From: an uncultured Nitrosopumilales archaeon
Lineage (GTDB): Archaea > Thermoproteota > Nitrososphaeria > Nitrososphaerales > JACAEJ01
Reading direction: 5' to 3'
DNA: 30,911 nt
Assembly: GCA_964390155.1 (NCBI GenBank)
Contig: CAYMHC010000001.1
Span: 1 to 30,911, forward strand
Made by a program: the position numbers and the translations under genes. Every line of letters begins with the position of its first letter. Within the stretch, counting starts at the first letter, position 1. Below, piece by piece: positions 16,249 to 25,453 of the stretch. The notes below the pieces were generated by a model. That model had not been told where the DNA came from and ran no database searches. It saw only the letters and a program-made list of their open reading frames with translations.

Positions 16249-17442
16249 TTAGAAAGCAGACTTGGCTAAATCTTCGATCTTTTCAGCAAAAATCTTCACT
16301 TCTTCCTCTGTATTGTAAAGATAAGTCGATGCACGGACGATACCATGTCTTGATTTTAACAGATTCTTTACAAGTGGTTGTGCACACATGAAACCACTTC
16401 TAACGGCTATATTTGAGGAAATATCCAAGAAAAGCGCTACATCATTAGGATCAAGATTCCCTATGTTGAAGGATATTATGCCGGTTCTCTTTTCTTTGCT
16501 AGGACCGTAAATCCTTACGCCTTTTGTTTGACTGAGCAAATCATATAGTAAATCTTTCAGCTTTTTATCATTAGCAGCAATATTTTCCAACCCAATTCTC
16601 ATCAGGTAGCGAGCAGCCTCGCCCAGCCCTATTCCTTCTGCAATGGGCAAAGTGCCAGTCTCAAAACTTGCTGGGAACTTGGCTAGAGTATATTCATCAT
16701 AATTCGCTTCATCAACGCTTTCACCTCCTATGAAAATAGCCTCTAGCTCGTTAAGAACATCGGATTTAACATAAAGCCCTCCAATTCCCGTAGGGCCACA
16801 CATCTTATGACCGCTGAATGAGAGAAAGTCAACACCAAGTTCCTTTACATTCAAAGGGATATGTGGCACCGACTGGGCACCATCCAAAGCTACCAGCGAA
16901 CCATACTTATGGGCAATATTGACTATCTCTCTTACTTGTACAATCGAGCCCAGTACGTTGCTGATATGAGTAATAGCAACAACTCTAGTATCGTCATCTA
17001 TCTGCTTCATAAAATCTTCAGTATCAAGGAGGAAATCTTGTGTTGGATTAATGATCTTTAATCTTAGACCCCTCTCACGACTTACTTTTAACCATGGTAG
17101 GTAATTACTGTGATGTTCAAGAGCGGTAGTTACTATGTTCTGTCCATTTTTGAACTTCAGGCTTCTTGCGACAAAGTTCAATCCTTCACTGGTGTTTCTG
17201 ACAAAAGCGATTTCGTCCTTGTTAGCACCTATGAGCTTCGCTACGCTTCTTCTTGCTTCTTCCAGTTCGTTTGTGGCTCTATCAGCTATCCTGTAGAGGC
17301 TTCTACCAGTATTGGCTCTATACTCTCGATAGTACTCTAGCATCTTAGCTATGACTTGCTCAGGTGTTAGAGAGCTAGCGGCACTATCCAGGAAAATGAG
17401 CCCTGACTTCAGCAGGGGAAAGTCTTCTCTAACTTCTTTCAA
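16249..17442 (-). CDS. SufS-like cysteine desulfurase (class V PLP aminotransferase)
   Basis: FLDSAASS, EHHSN, DGAQSVPH, SGHKMCGPTGIG (PLP Lys), FETGT, RSGFMCA (catalytic Cys) and RAS.YLYN motifs; TTG start. Confidence 0.92.
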   Translation of the reverse strand: MKEVREDFPLLKSGLIFLDSAASSLTPEQVIAKMLEYYREYRANTGRSLYRIADRATNELEEARRSVAKLIGANKDEIAFVRNTSEGLNFVARSLKFKNGQNIVTTALEHHSNYLPWLKVSRERGLRLKIINPTQDFLLDTEDFMKQIDDDTRVVAITHISNVLGSIVQVREIVNIAHKYGSLVALDGAQSVPHIPLNVKELGVDFLSFSGHKMCGPTGIGGLYVKSDVLNELEAIFIGGESVDEANYDEYTLAKFPASFETGTLPIAEGIGLGEAARYLMRIGLENIAANDKKLKDLLYDLLSQTKGVRIYGPSKEKRTGIISFNIGNLDPNDVALFLDISSNIAVRSGFMCAQPLVKNLLKSRHGIVRASTYLYNTEEEVKIFAEKIEDLAKSAF

Positions 17443-17471
17443 ATTGAGTATTTACGCTCCATGAAGAATAA

Positions 17472-17483
17472 TTAAACGTTTAA
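17472..17483. promoter_or_regulatory. 12-bp palindrome TTAAACGTTTAA in the divergent sufS/fixC intergenic region
   Basis: Perfect palindrome seen directly; could be back-to-back TATA-like elements or an operator. Confidence 0.35.
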
Positions 17484-17560
17484 GCCTTGTTTTGGTTAGA
17501 TGATCTTTGATAAGGAATATTAAAAAACAAAGCCAAAGTAGGAATTCTAGGTTCTTTGAT

Positions 17561-18859
17561 TTGGGGAAAGAAAAGTTCGACGTTATTGTAGTTGGAGCGG
17601 GTCCTGCTGGGACAACCGCTGCGATAACAATGGCAAAGGCAGGGCTTGACGTGGCTTTGTTGGAAAGGGGCGACTACCCTGGAGCGAAGAATATGTATGG
17701 TGGGGCAATATACAGATGGCCCCTGGAGCTGGTAGTTTCCGACTTTGTAGAAAAAGCTCCTATTGAAAGAAGAATAATTGATCACAGGCTCATGATTTTG
17801 TCAAAGAACTCAGGATTGACCTTAAGCTTCAAGGACTTGGGCTTTGCCAACCCTCCTTATAACGCCTTCACTGCTCTCAGGGCTAAGTTTGATCGATGGT
17901 ACTCTAGTTTAGCAGAAGAGGCAGGAGCCTTGCTTCTGACCTCGGTGAATGTTACCGATCTTATCTGGGATGACAAAAAGATCATAGGTGTAAGGTCCGG
18001 GGAAGGTTCTGAGAACGAGCTCTATTGTGATATAGTAATAGCTGCAGATGGTGCAAACTCAAAATTGGCTACAAAAGCTGGCTTGCGCCAACTGTTAAGT
18101 CCTGAAGATGTTGCTCTGGGAGTAAAAGAGATTCTTGAGCTTGACAGCAAGATCATGGAATCTAGATTCAATCTCAACAAAAGAGAAGGCGCAACTATAC
18201 AAGTGCTTGGAGTTACCAATGGAATGATGGGTGGAGGCTTCATCTACACGAATCAGAACAGCCTGAGCGTGGGCGTAGTGATATTGCTAAAGCATCTCAT
18301 CGGACTGAAGAAAAGACCTTATGAACTGTTGAATGAATTCAAAAACCATCCACTTATAGCAGCTTTGATAGAAGGGGCAGAGCCAAAGGAGTACAGTGCT
18401 CATTTAATTCCTGAAACAGGCTACTATGGTATTCCAAAGCTATGCACTGATGGATTGATGCTAGTTGGAGATGCTGCCTCCCTAACCAGTAGCGTCTTTC
18501 AAGAAGGGGTAAACATGGCCATTGCATCAGGCATATATGCTGGAAAAACGGCGATAAAAGCAAAGGAGGTACGGGATTATTCATCCAAGACTTTGTCATA
18601 CTATGGGCGTCTCCTCAAATCGAGTTATGTAATGGAGGAGTTGTATCAATTAAGAGGTTTACAGAAAATGCTGGTAAGCAATCCTCGACTTTTTGAGCTA
18701 TATCCTGATTTGATAAACTATGCCATGAAAGAATTGCTGAGCATGGATGGAGAATTGAAGAGGGCAAAAAGAAAAAGGATCATGAGATCGATAAAGGAAA
18801 GGGTCGGATTTCTGAACCTTTTGCTCGATTTGATAACGGCCAGGAAGCTCTTGCCCTGA
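17561..18859 (+). CDS. fixC: FixC/EtfC flavoprotein (ETF:quinone oxidoreductase-like)
   Basis: FDVIVVGAGPAG, ERGDYPGAKNMYGG, RAKFDRW, ADGANS, VKE..L, GGGFIYTN, EYSAHLIPE and LVGDAA motifs. Likely TTG start 17561 (ORF track 17507). Confidence 0.9.
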   Translation: MGKEKFDVIVVGAGPAGTTAAITMAKAGLDVALLERGDYPGAKNMYGGAIYRWPLELVVSDFVEKAPIERRIIDHRLMILSKNSGLTLSFKDLGFANPPYNAFTALRAKFDRWYSSLAEEAGALLLTSVNVTDLIWDDKKIIGVRSGEGSENELYCDIVIAADGANSKLATKAGLRQLLSPEDVALGVKEILELDSKIMESRFNLNKREGATIQVLGVTNGMMGGGFIYTNQNSLSVGVVILLKHLIGLKKRPYELLNEFKNHPLIAALIEGAEPKEYSAHLIPETGYYGIPKLCTDGLMLVGDAASLTSSVFQEGVNMAIASGIYAGKTAIKAKEVRDYSSKTLSYYGRLLKSSYVMEELYQLRGLQKMLVSNPRLFELYPDLINYAMKELLSMDGELKRAKRKRIMRSIKERVGFLNLLLDLITARKLLP

Positions 18860-18873
18860 GGAAAAGACTTGGT

Positions 18874-19938
18874 TTAATCTCTCCTAAAGCACTCCTTAGG
18901 AGTAGTGCTTAACTTAACCTCTTCAACCTCTTTCTTCAATCTGTCTATCAAAAGGGGCAAAATTCTGTTTAGGTCTCCTACGGCACCGTACGTGGCTATC
19001 TGAAATATGGGTGCTTTGTGGTCTTTGTTTATGGCTACTATAACTTCGGAGTTCCTCATCCCTACTGTGTGGTACATAGCCCCTGATATGCCAACAGCGA
19101 TGTAAAGCTTTGGAGCAACGGTTTTACCACTCTGCCCTACCTGCTGACTGGAAGATAACCATCCTCTATCTACCGCTGAACGAGTGCCTGCTACCTCCGC
19201 ATCCATTACATCTGCCAATTCATGAATCAACTTGAAGTTCTCCTTTGAGCCTACGCCTTTTCCACCGGCAACTATTATGTTCGCTTCTTCAATATTCCCA
19301 TGAGGGTTTTTGTTTCCCTTTATGACTTCAAGGACCTTTGTACGTATATCTTCGGGGCTTATTTCTATCATTTCACGAATGATGGTGGCTTTTCTACTCC
19401 AGTCTGGCTCTAGTCTTTTGAATGTATTCGGCTTGGCTGCTGCTATCTGAGGTCTAGTCCTGCATAGTATCTTGGCCATAAGTTTGCCAAAGGGTTTTAT
19501 GTGAACGAGATATCCATCCTTATTCACATCAAAATCTATGCAATCGCATGTTATGCCCGTATTTAGGCGGGTAGCAAGCCTAGGAGCAAGTTCGCGTCCA
19601 TTCAAAGTTCCTCCAATGAGCAGTACAGATGGCTTATATTTGAAAGCAAGCTCTGCCGAGACCTTTGTGTAAGCATCCACTGTAAACTGCTTTAGAAGCT
19701 CATGTTCGACTAGAATTACCTTTTCAGCTCCATAGGCTTCCAAATCCTTTACTAGACCATCAACCTTGTATCCTAATAGAATCGTAACAAGTTCTTCATT
19801 GAGCCTATCAGCTATCTTCTTTCCAACACTCAATAGTTCAAGGCTTATGTTCTTTAATCTGCCATCTAGGTGCTCTGCAAATACCCATACTCCTTTATAA
19901 CTGGAGACTTCTTTTGCTCTTTCACTTTCTAGCATCAT
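18874..19938 (-). CDS. fixB: Electron transfer flavoprotein alpha subunit (FixB/EtfA)
   Basis: VWVFAE, GRELAPRLA..L.TGIT.DC, AGGKG, QVGQSGKTVAPKLYIA.GISGA and AINKD..APIF motifs. Confidence 0.95.
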   Translation of the reverse strand: MMLESERAKEVSSYKGVWVFAEHLDGRLKNISLELLSVGKKIADRLNEELVTILLGYKVDGLVKDLEAYGAEKVILVEHELLKQFTVDAYTKVSAELAFKYKPSVLLIGGTLNGRELAPRLATRLNTGITCDCIDFDVNKDGYLVHIKPFGKLMAKILCRTRPQIAAAKPNTFKRLEPDWSRKATIIREMIEISPEDIRTKVLEVIKGNKNPHGNIEEANIIVAGGKGVGSKENFKLIHELADVMDAEVAGTRSAVDRGWLSSSQQVGQSGKTVAPKLYIAVGISGAMYHTVGMRNSEVIVAINKDHKAPIFQIATYGAVGDLNRILPLLIDRLKKEVEEVKLSTTPKECFRRD

Positions 19939-20753
19939 AACTGACTCCTTGAACGAATCAACCTTCTATCTATGAGGACTTGAACTAAGCTCTCTACTGT
20001 TTCTTTTGAATCGCCTCGGAATATGCTCTCTGTTTTACGAGAAGGCTGCAAAAATACTTCTTCCACAAAGGTGGGGGAGCCCCTTATCCCGTACTTGCTC
20101 GGACTTCCACCTAGCTCTGGCGCACCTACTACTTCGATCTTTTTCCCTTTTGAAGCGACCATCCCTCTAAGGGTTGGAAGGCGTGGTTCATTCAAACCTC
20201 GAGTTGTAGTCAATAGAACTGGTAAAGGCGCTTCCACGATCTCAATTCCTTCCTCAGTCTCTTTATGGGCAATGACCTTCTTCTGTTCTATGTCTATGTT
20301 GACCTTCTCTACACAGCAAATTTGTGGTATGTTCAATAGCTCTGCTAGATGAGGGCCTATGTGGCCCGTTTCAGAGTCTGTAGCTATCTTTCCGCAGATG
20401 ATTATGTCATATTTCATCTTCTTAATCTGCATGTGCAAAGTGTAAGCCGTGGCCATCGTATCCGCGCCAGCGAGGGCTTTATCGCTAATTAGGATTCCTC
20501 TATCAGCCCCCATGGCTAAACATCTCAATATGGCTTCTTTTGCCTGCATCGGTCCCATAGTTATGACCGTTACTTCTCCACCATACCTTTCACGAAGTCT
20601 AATACCTTCTTCAGTCCCTATCTCGTCGTAAGGGTTCAGCATACTCGGCATACTCTCACGTATAAGGGTATGAGTGATTGGGTCTATCTTCAAGTCTAGT
20701 ACAGCAGGGACCTGTTTTATGCAGACTAAGATGTTTAGACCGATTGAAGGCAC
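19935..20753 (-). CDS. fixA: Electron transfer flavoprotein beta subunit (FixA/EtfB)
   Basis: VCIKQVP, NPYD....E, MGADR..LISD..AGADT.ATA, NEPR and G..GSPT motifs. Start is GTG 20753 or ATG 20801. Confidence 0.94.
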   Translation of the reverse strand: MPSIGLNILVCIKQVPAVLDLKIDPITHTLIRESMPSMLNPYDEIGTEEGIRLRERYGGEVTVITMGPMQAKEAILRCLAMGADRGILISDKALAGADTMATAYTLHMQIKKMKYDIIICGKIATDSETGHIGPHLAELLNIPQICCVEKVNIDIEQKKVIAHKETEEGIEIVEAPLPVLLTTTRGLNEPRLPTLRGMVASKGKKIEVVGAPELGGSPSKYGIRGSPTFVEEVFLQPSRKTESIFRGDSKETVESLVQVLIDRRLIRSRSQL

Positions 20754-20852
20754 TTCTCTTCCACTCCAAAGGTCGCTTTTTGCTCCATCATCTCTCGGCA
20801 TTGTTTTATAAAAGTCTGACTATTATGGGTATGATTGTACATAAAAGTCCAA

Positions 20853-20876
20853 GTGTTTGCACTTTTGAGCAAACAC
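20853..20876. promoter_or_regulatory. Perfect inverted repeat GTGTTTGC-N8-GCAAACAC between fixX and fixA (operator or terminator/processing hairpin)
   Basis: 8-bp arms seen directly, immediately upstream (minus strand) of a CTTTTATG TATA-like element. Confidence 0.5.
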
Positions 20877-20883
20877 GGTTTGT

Positions 20884-21153
20884 TCAACCGAAGCGATAAA
20901 CTATGCCATAGCCAGAAGGAGGGTAGGTGAGGCAGATCTTCCTGTAAGGACAAACTATCTCACAAGTCCCGCACTCAACGCAACCCTCGTATGAGATTAT
21001 CAAATCATCCCTCTCCCAACTGTAGGTTTTTGTGGGACAACAAGAAATGCAAGGCTTGTCAACGCATATCATGCATTTGTCCTTTTGAACTACTATGTGA
21101 TTTTCTTTATAGACCTTATAGGTGTTAAGGGATAACTTCTCGTCTATGCTCAT
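20884..21153 (-). CDS. fixX: FixX/EtfX ferredoxin-like protein
   Basis: CMIC.DKPC...CP..TY and YEGCVECGTCEIVCP motifs; C-terminal YP..G.G..YRFG typical of FixX. Confidence 0.92.
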   Translation of the reverse strand: MSIDEKLSLNTYKVYKENHIVVQKDKCMICVDKPCISCCPTKTYSWERDDLIISYEGCVECGTCEIVCPYRKICLTYPPSGYGIVYRFG

Positions 21154-21204
21154 AGTTATACACTCAAATTCACCAGCATAAAAGCATATAGCGAAATTTC
21201 ATCA

Positions 21205-21537
21205 TTACTGCTTCAATTCATTATGAAAACAGGTCTGATTCCCCGTATGGCATGACGGACCTTTCTGATCTACGAGTAAAAGTATGGCATCGTTATCACA
21301 ATCAGCCAGAATACCTACTATTCTTTGCAGATTACCTGAACTCTCTCCTTTCATCCATATCTTGTTTCTTGATCTGCTCCAATAGTGGGCATAACCCGTC
21401 TCAATGGTCTTCACCAAGGATTCTTCGTTCATGTAAGCCAGCATAAGAACCTTCTTGGTCTTATGGTCTTGGGCTATTGCTGGTATGAGGCCCGTAGCCT
21501 TATCAAATTTCAATCGTTTTGTCTCGATTTTGTTCAT
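21205..21537 (-). CDS. hisI: Phosphoribosyl-AMP cyclohydrolase (monofunctional)
   Basis: [34 protein letters not shown] and CHTG..CF motifs; no HisE domain. Confidence 0.96.
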   Translation of the reverse strand: MNKIETKRLKFDKATGLIPAIAQDHKTKKVLMLAYMNEESLVKTIETGYAHYWSRSRNKIWMKGESSGNLQRIVGILADCDNDAILLLVDQKGPSCHTGNQTCFHNELKQ

Positions 21538-22337
21538 GGTCTTATGTTTATTCCTCTTTCTTTAAGAAGTCTCTTGATGATAGGTATTGGGAATTCATCA
21601 TAGTGAAATACGGAAGCTGCCAACGCTGCATCAGCCTTCCCTGTGGTAAAGACATCATAGAAATGCTCTGGCTTGCCTGCACCTCCACTGGCTATGACAG
21701 GTATGCTCACTCTTTCAGATGTGGCTCTGGTCAGTTCCAAATCATAACCCTTTTCTGTTCCGTCCCTATCCACGGACGTGAGAAGAATCTCTCCGGTCCC
21801 CAGTTCAGCAACTTTTTCAGCCCATAAAATTGCATCTATGCCGGTAGGTCTCCTGCCTCCATAGGTATAGACCTCGAACCAGCAGTCCCCGTCTTCTGTT
21901 CTTACTAATACCGAACCATCTTTATCGTATCGACGCTTTGCATCTATGGCTACTACTATACATTGACTGCCAAAGACCTTTGCAAGCTTTGATACCAATT
22001 CTGGCTTTTCAACTGCAGCGGTATTTATTGAGACTTTATCAGCTCCACTGCATAGAATCGATCTTGCATCTTCTTCCCCTCTTATCCCTCCTCCTACAGT
22101 GAAAGGAATGTTAAGACTGGCCGCAACACCTCGCACAACCTTCTCCAGTATGTTTCTCTTCTCTGGGGATGCAGTAATATCCAAAAATACTAGTTCATCG
22201 GCTCTTGCTTCACAATATCTTTGAGCAAGCTCGACGGGATCGCCAGCATCTCTCAAATTCAAGAAGTTGATACCTTTCACGACTCTTCCATGATCTACAT
22301 CTAAGCATGGTATGATTCTTCTGCATAATGGCATCAT
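21534..22337 (-). CDS. hisF: Imidazole glycerol phosphate synthase cyclase subunit
   Basis: [37 protein letters not shown] and ASGGAG motifs. Confidence 0.98.
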   Translation of the reverse strand: MMPLCRRIIPCLDVDHGRVVKGINFLNLRDAGDPVELAQRYCEARADELVFLDITASPEKRNILEKVVRGVAASLNIPFTVGGGIRGEEDARSILCSGADKVSINTAAVEKPELVSKLAKVFGSQCIVVAIDAKRRYDKDGSVLVRTEDGDCWFEVYTYGGRRPTGIDAILWAEKVAELGTGEILLTSVDRDGTEKGYDLELTRATSERVSIPVIASGGAGKPEHFYDVFTTGKADAALAASVFHYDEFPIPIIKRLLKERGINIRP

Positions 22338-23062
22338 ATTTCCTCCTTAGCTGCATTGATGGCTTCTTTTAAGGTCAACTTGTCCTCGTATAGAGCTTTC
22401 CCTATCACAACACCATAAACACCTATATTCTTCAGCGTGGTTATATGCCTAAGCTTGCTAACGCCTCCAGCAGCAATTATCTTTGCTTTCTTCATTTGGC
22501 ACACTTCTGCCAGTATCTTGAAATCAGGATTAGTCAAGGTTCCGTCTCTCTTTATAGATGTTATCAAAAAGATACTAACCCCAAGATTAATGAAGTTCAT
22601 AAGAGCATCGTGAATATCGAACTTTGAAGAGAATCTCCAGCCCCTTAACATCACTTCTCTTCCATAGTGATCTAGAGATACCAGGATTCTCTCTTCACCG
22701 TAATCTTTCAAAAGCTTAGTCAATGCTTCCCTATTCTCAAAAGCCATGGTCCCGACCAAGATTCTTTTTACGCCTATGCTGAACAGCTTTTTGGCTATTT
22801 CTAAGCTCCTTATGCCTCCACCGACTTGGAAATTCACATCTAGGTTTTTTACCATTTCTTCTATGATTGGCAGATTATTCCCAAAACCTAATGCTGCGTC
22901 CAAATCTACTACGTGTATCATCTTTGCGCCATGATTCATCCACGTCTTAGCTATGCTTGAAGGACTACCTAAAGATGAATAGGATTTTGACAGCCTTGGG
23001 TCTCCTCTTACTAGCCTTACAACTTGCCCATCCTTCAAATCGATGGCTGGTATTACTTCCAA
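22334..23062 (-). CDS. hisA: ProFAR isomerase
   Basis: [37 protein letters not shown] and AAGGV motifs; TTG start. Confidence 0.96.
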   Translation of the reverse strand: MEVIPAIDLKDGQVVRLVRGDPRLSKSYSSLGSPSSIAKTWMNHGAKMIHVVDLDAALGFGNNLPIIEEMVKNLDVNFQVGGGIRSLEIAKKLFSIGVKRILVGTMAFENREALTKLLKDYGEERILVSLDHYGREVMLRGWRFSSKFDIHDALMNFINLGVSIFLITSIKRDGTLTNPDFKILAEVCQMKKAKIIAAGGVSKLRHITTLKNIGVYGVVIGKALYEDKLTLKEAINAAKEEI

Positions 23063-23067
23063 TCAAA

Positions 23068-23670
23068 TTACCTTTTCATCAGATTCACAAAATTCCCTAA
23101 GATGATCCGACCTGCCTCACCAGACTTTTCAGGATGAAACTGTGTGCCATGAATATTCTTGCAGGCCACCATAGATGGGAAGCTCACTCCATAATCTGTT
23201 TCAGTGACTATCACATCTTTCCTCAGAGGTGAAGGATAGTATGAATGCACAAAATAAACATATGATCCATCATCCATGCCCTCTATTATCTTGTTATTTC
23301 TGACTATTCTTAGATTGTTCCATCCAATTTGAGGTACTTTGACTACCTTTGGTAATTTCACTACCCTACCTGAGATCAAATCCAAGCCTTCTCCCCTTCC
23401 TTCTTCGCTCTCTTTGAAGAAAATCTGCATCCCTAAGCATATTCCCAAGACTGGTACACCTGAGTTTACTATATCCAGTATCTTTTCCTTATACATTCCT
23501 ATGTTTTCCACTGCCTCTGCAAAGCTTCCCACGCCTGGCAGAATCAAGCCATTAATATTATTTTGTAAACAATTTACCGTTGCCAATACGGGATTAACTC
23601 CTATTCTCTGCAATGAATTCTTTAGACTGAAGAGGTTCCCTACACCATAGTCTAGTATTGTCACATCCAT
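23068..23670 (-). CDS. hisH: Imidazole glycerol phosphate synthase glutaminase subunit
   Basis: DYGVGNL.S, LPGVGSF, GICLGMQ, YFVHSY and QFHPEKS motifs. Confidence 0.97.
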   Translation of the reverse strand: MDVTILDYGVGNLFSLKNSLQRIGVNPVLATVNCLQNNINGLILPGVGSFAEAVENIGMYKEKILDIVNSGVPVLGICLGMQIFFKESEEGRGEGLDLISGRVVKLPKVVKVPQIGWNNLRIVRNNKIIEGMDDGSYVYFVHSYYPSPLRKDVIVTETDYGVSFPSMVACKNIHGTQFHPEKSGEAGRIILGNFVNLMKR

Positions 23671-24246
23671 TTACATGGCACCTTTAGCGCTTGGGGTGCC
23701 TTTCCTTTTTGGGTCCATAGACGTTGCCTGTCTAAGAGCTAAGGCTAGAGCTTTGAAGCCTGCCTCTATTTTGTGGTGATCATTTGATCCATATTGAACC
23801 TGCAAATGCAAGTTTGCTTCCAGAGATGAGGATAGAGATTTCAGAAAATGATAGATGTCCTCGGCTTTAATATCCTCTACCGTCTTGCCTTCCATCTTCA
23901 GATCTATCACGCTGTAGGGTCTTTTTGCAAGGTCTACAGCAGAAACTGCGAGGGAGCAGTCCATAGGTACAATGCTAAACCCGAAGCGATTAATTCCTTC
24001 GCGATTCCCCAGAGCGTTTTTTAAAGCCTCTCCCAATCCTATAGCGACATCCTCTATCAAATGATGCTTCAGATCTCCTTTAGCTGCAATGCTAATGTCA
24101 ATCAAGCTATGTATGGACAGCGTTTTTATCATGTGATCAAGGAATTTTAGTCCAGTTTCTATGCTACTCTTTCCTTTTCCGTCCAAGTTTACTTTTGCCT
24201 TGACTTCTGTCTCGCTGGTCTTTCTTTCTAGTTGAGCTTCACGCAA
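23671..24246 (-). CDS. hisB: Imidazoleglycerol-phosphate dehydratase (monofunctional)
   Basis: RKTSET, FLDHM, HHLIED, PMD and NDHHKIEA.FKA motifs; TTG start. Confidence 0.97.
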   Translation of the reverse strand: MREAQLERKTSETEVKAKVNLDGKGKSSIETGLKFLDHMIKTLSIHSLIDISIAAKGDLKHHLIEDVAIGLGEALKNALGNREGINRFGFSIVPMDCSLAVSAVDLAKRPYSVIDLKMEGKTVEDIKAEDIYHFLKSLSSSLEANLHLQVQYGSNDHHKIEAGFKALALALRQATSMDPKRKGTPSAKGAM

Positions 24247-25450
24247 ACCCTCTTCCCTCTTTTATAAATCTCAGCACAAATGGTAATTCTCCTACCGAAG
24301 GTACGACTAGATCTGCTTTTCTCTTAATGAAATCTTTTCTTTGCTCATCCTTCATGATAGAATGAGCATAGACTCCTCCAAATAAATAACTCGCTTCAAT
24401 TTTATTGGCAAATTCTACCATCATTAAATCCTCCATAGAATCGCCAAGATACAGAGCGGAATCAAAAGGTCTTAAGCCTTTTGCGCAATTTAACAGAGAG
24501 TAAGGATTTGGCTTACTCAAATCGAGAATCTCTCCTTTCTGTTTCGCTTTTTTCTCTGCCTCGTCGATATCTTCAAGGAATACCCTGGCTTCCGGCCTAA
24601 AATAGTCTAATAAGTTCTTCATAGTGTATTTTGCAGCCACAAAAGGTCTTCCTGAGGCTATACCAAATTTTGATCCACTGATTATTGATGAAATCTTGTC
24701 AAGAATCTCTCTTTTGATCATAACATTCTCATTCTCTATCAATCCCTTACCTTCACCGAATTCACTATCAATTCCATAAATCTCCCTGAAGAGCTTGCGT
24801 CCTAAGAATTTCCCTTCAAAGATAGTTATCAGAAGACTCTCTCCAACGTTGCCGGGGTAAGAAAGAATATTCTTGCCAATTTCTAAAATGTCAAGATCAT
24901 CTTTTGAGATGGAACAATTTGAAAAGATGTCTTTTTCGAAAAATCGAAAACCAGACGAACTTGCTTTCTTTACTAACTCTATGAATTTCTTTGAAGAATC
25001 TTCTTTGATTCCAGAATTCGTATCTACTTTCTTATCTTTCAGGCTCTTTTCGATTGTGATCAGTTCGCGGAAAGGGCCATCGGTCGCTTTGTAGGGCTCT
25101 GAATTTACGATTCTTGTTAACGCTTCTTTTGCCTTTTTTGACATAATTGAAAAAGATAACAAAGCTAGTACATAAGACGCAGCCCAATCGTTGTTGAAAC
25201 CTCCGCCTCTTTTAAGAAGGTAGATCAACTTGTCCAACAACTTATTCCCAATTCTTAATCCTGTCAAACTATAGAATATGTAATTGACGGTCTCCTTAAC
25301 AGCCATCAAATAAGATTCCGTTGCATCTATGAGCACTCCATCACAGTCAAATATTACCGCACCGACCTTTGACAATTTCTCTATGCTATCATTTCTTACA
25401 AAAGAAAGACCATACTTTGATCGAATGGCAATGTAGTCTTCCTTCCACAT
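24239..25450 (-). CDS. HAD-superfamily hydrolase with a very large cap insertion; probable histidinol-phosphate phosphatase
   Basis: Motif I FDCDGVL, motif II SGRP, motif III KPNP, motif IV GDSMED; lies between hisC and hisB. The specific function is inferred from context. Confidence 0.75.
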   Translation of the reverse strand: MWKEDYIAIRSKYGLSFVRNDSIEKLSKVGAVIFDCDGVLIDATESYLMAVKETVNYIFYSLTGLRIGNKLLDKLIYLLKRGGGFNNDWAASYVLALLSFSIMSKKAKEALTRIVNSEPYKATDGPFRELITIEKSLKDKKVDTNSGIKEDSSKKFIELVKKASSSGFRFFEKDIFSNCSISKDDLDILEIGKNILSYPGNVGESLLITIFEGKFLGRKLFREIYGIDSEFGEGKGLIENENVMIKREILDKISSIISGSKFGIASGRPFVAAKYTMKNLLDYFRPEARVFLEDIDEAEKKAKQKGEILDLSKPNPYSLLNCAKGLRPFDSALYLGDSMEDLMMVEFANKIEASYLFGGVYAHSIMKDEQRKDFIKRKADLVVPSVGELPFVLRFIKEGRGFA

Positions 25451-25453
25451 GAA

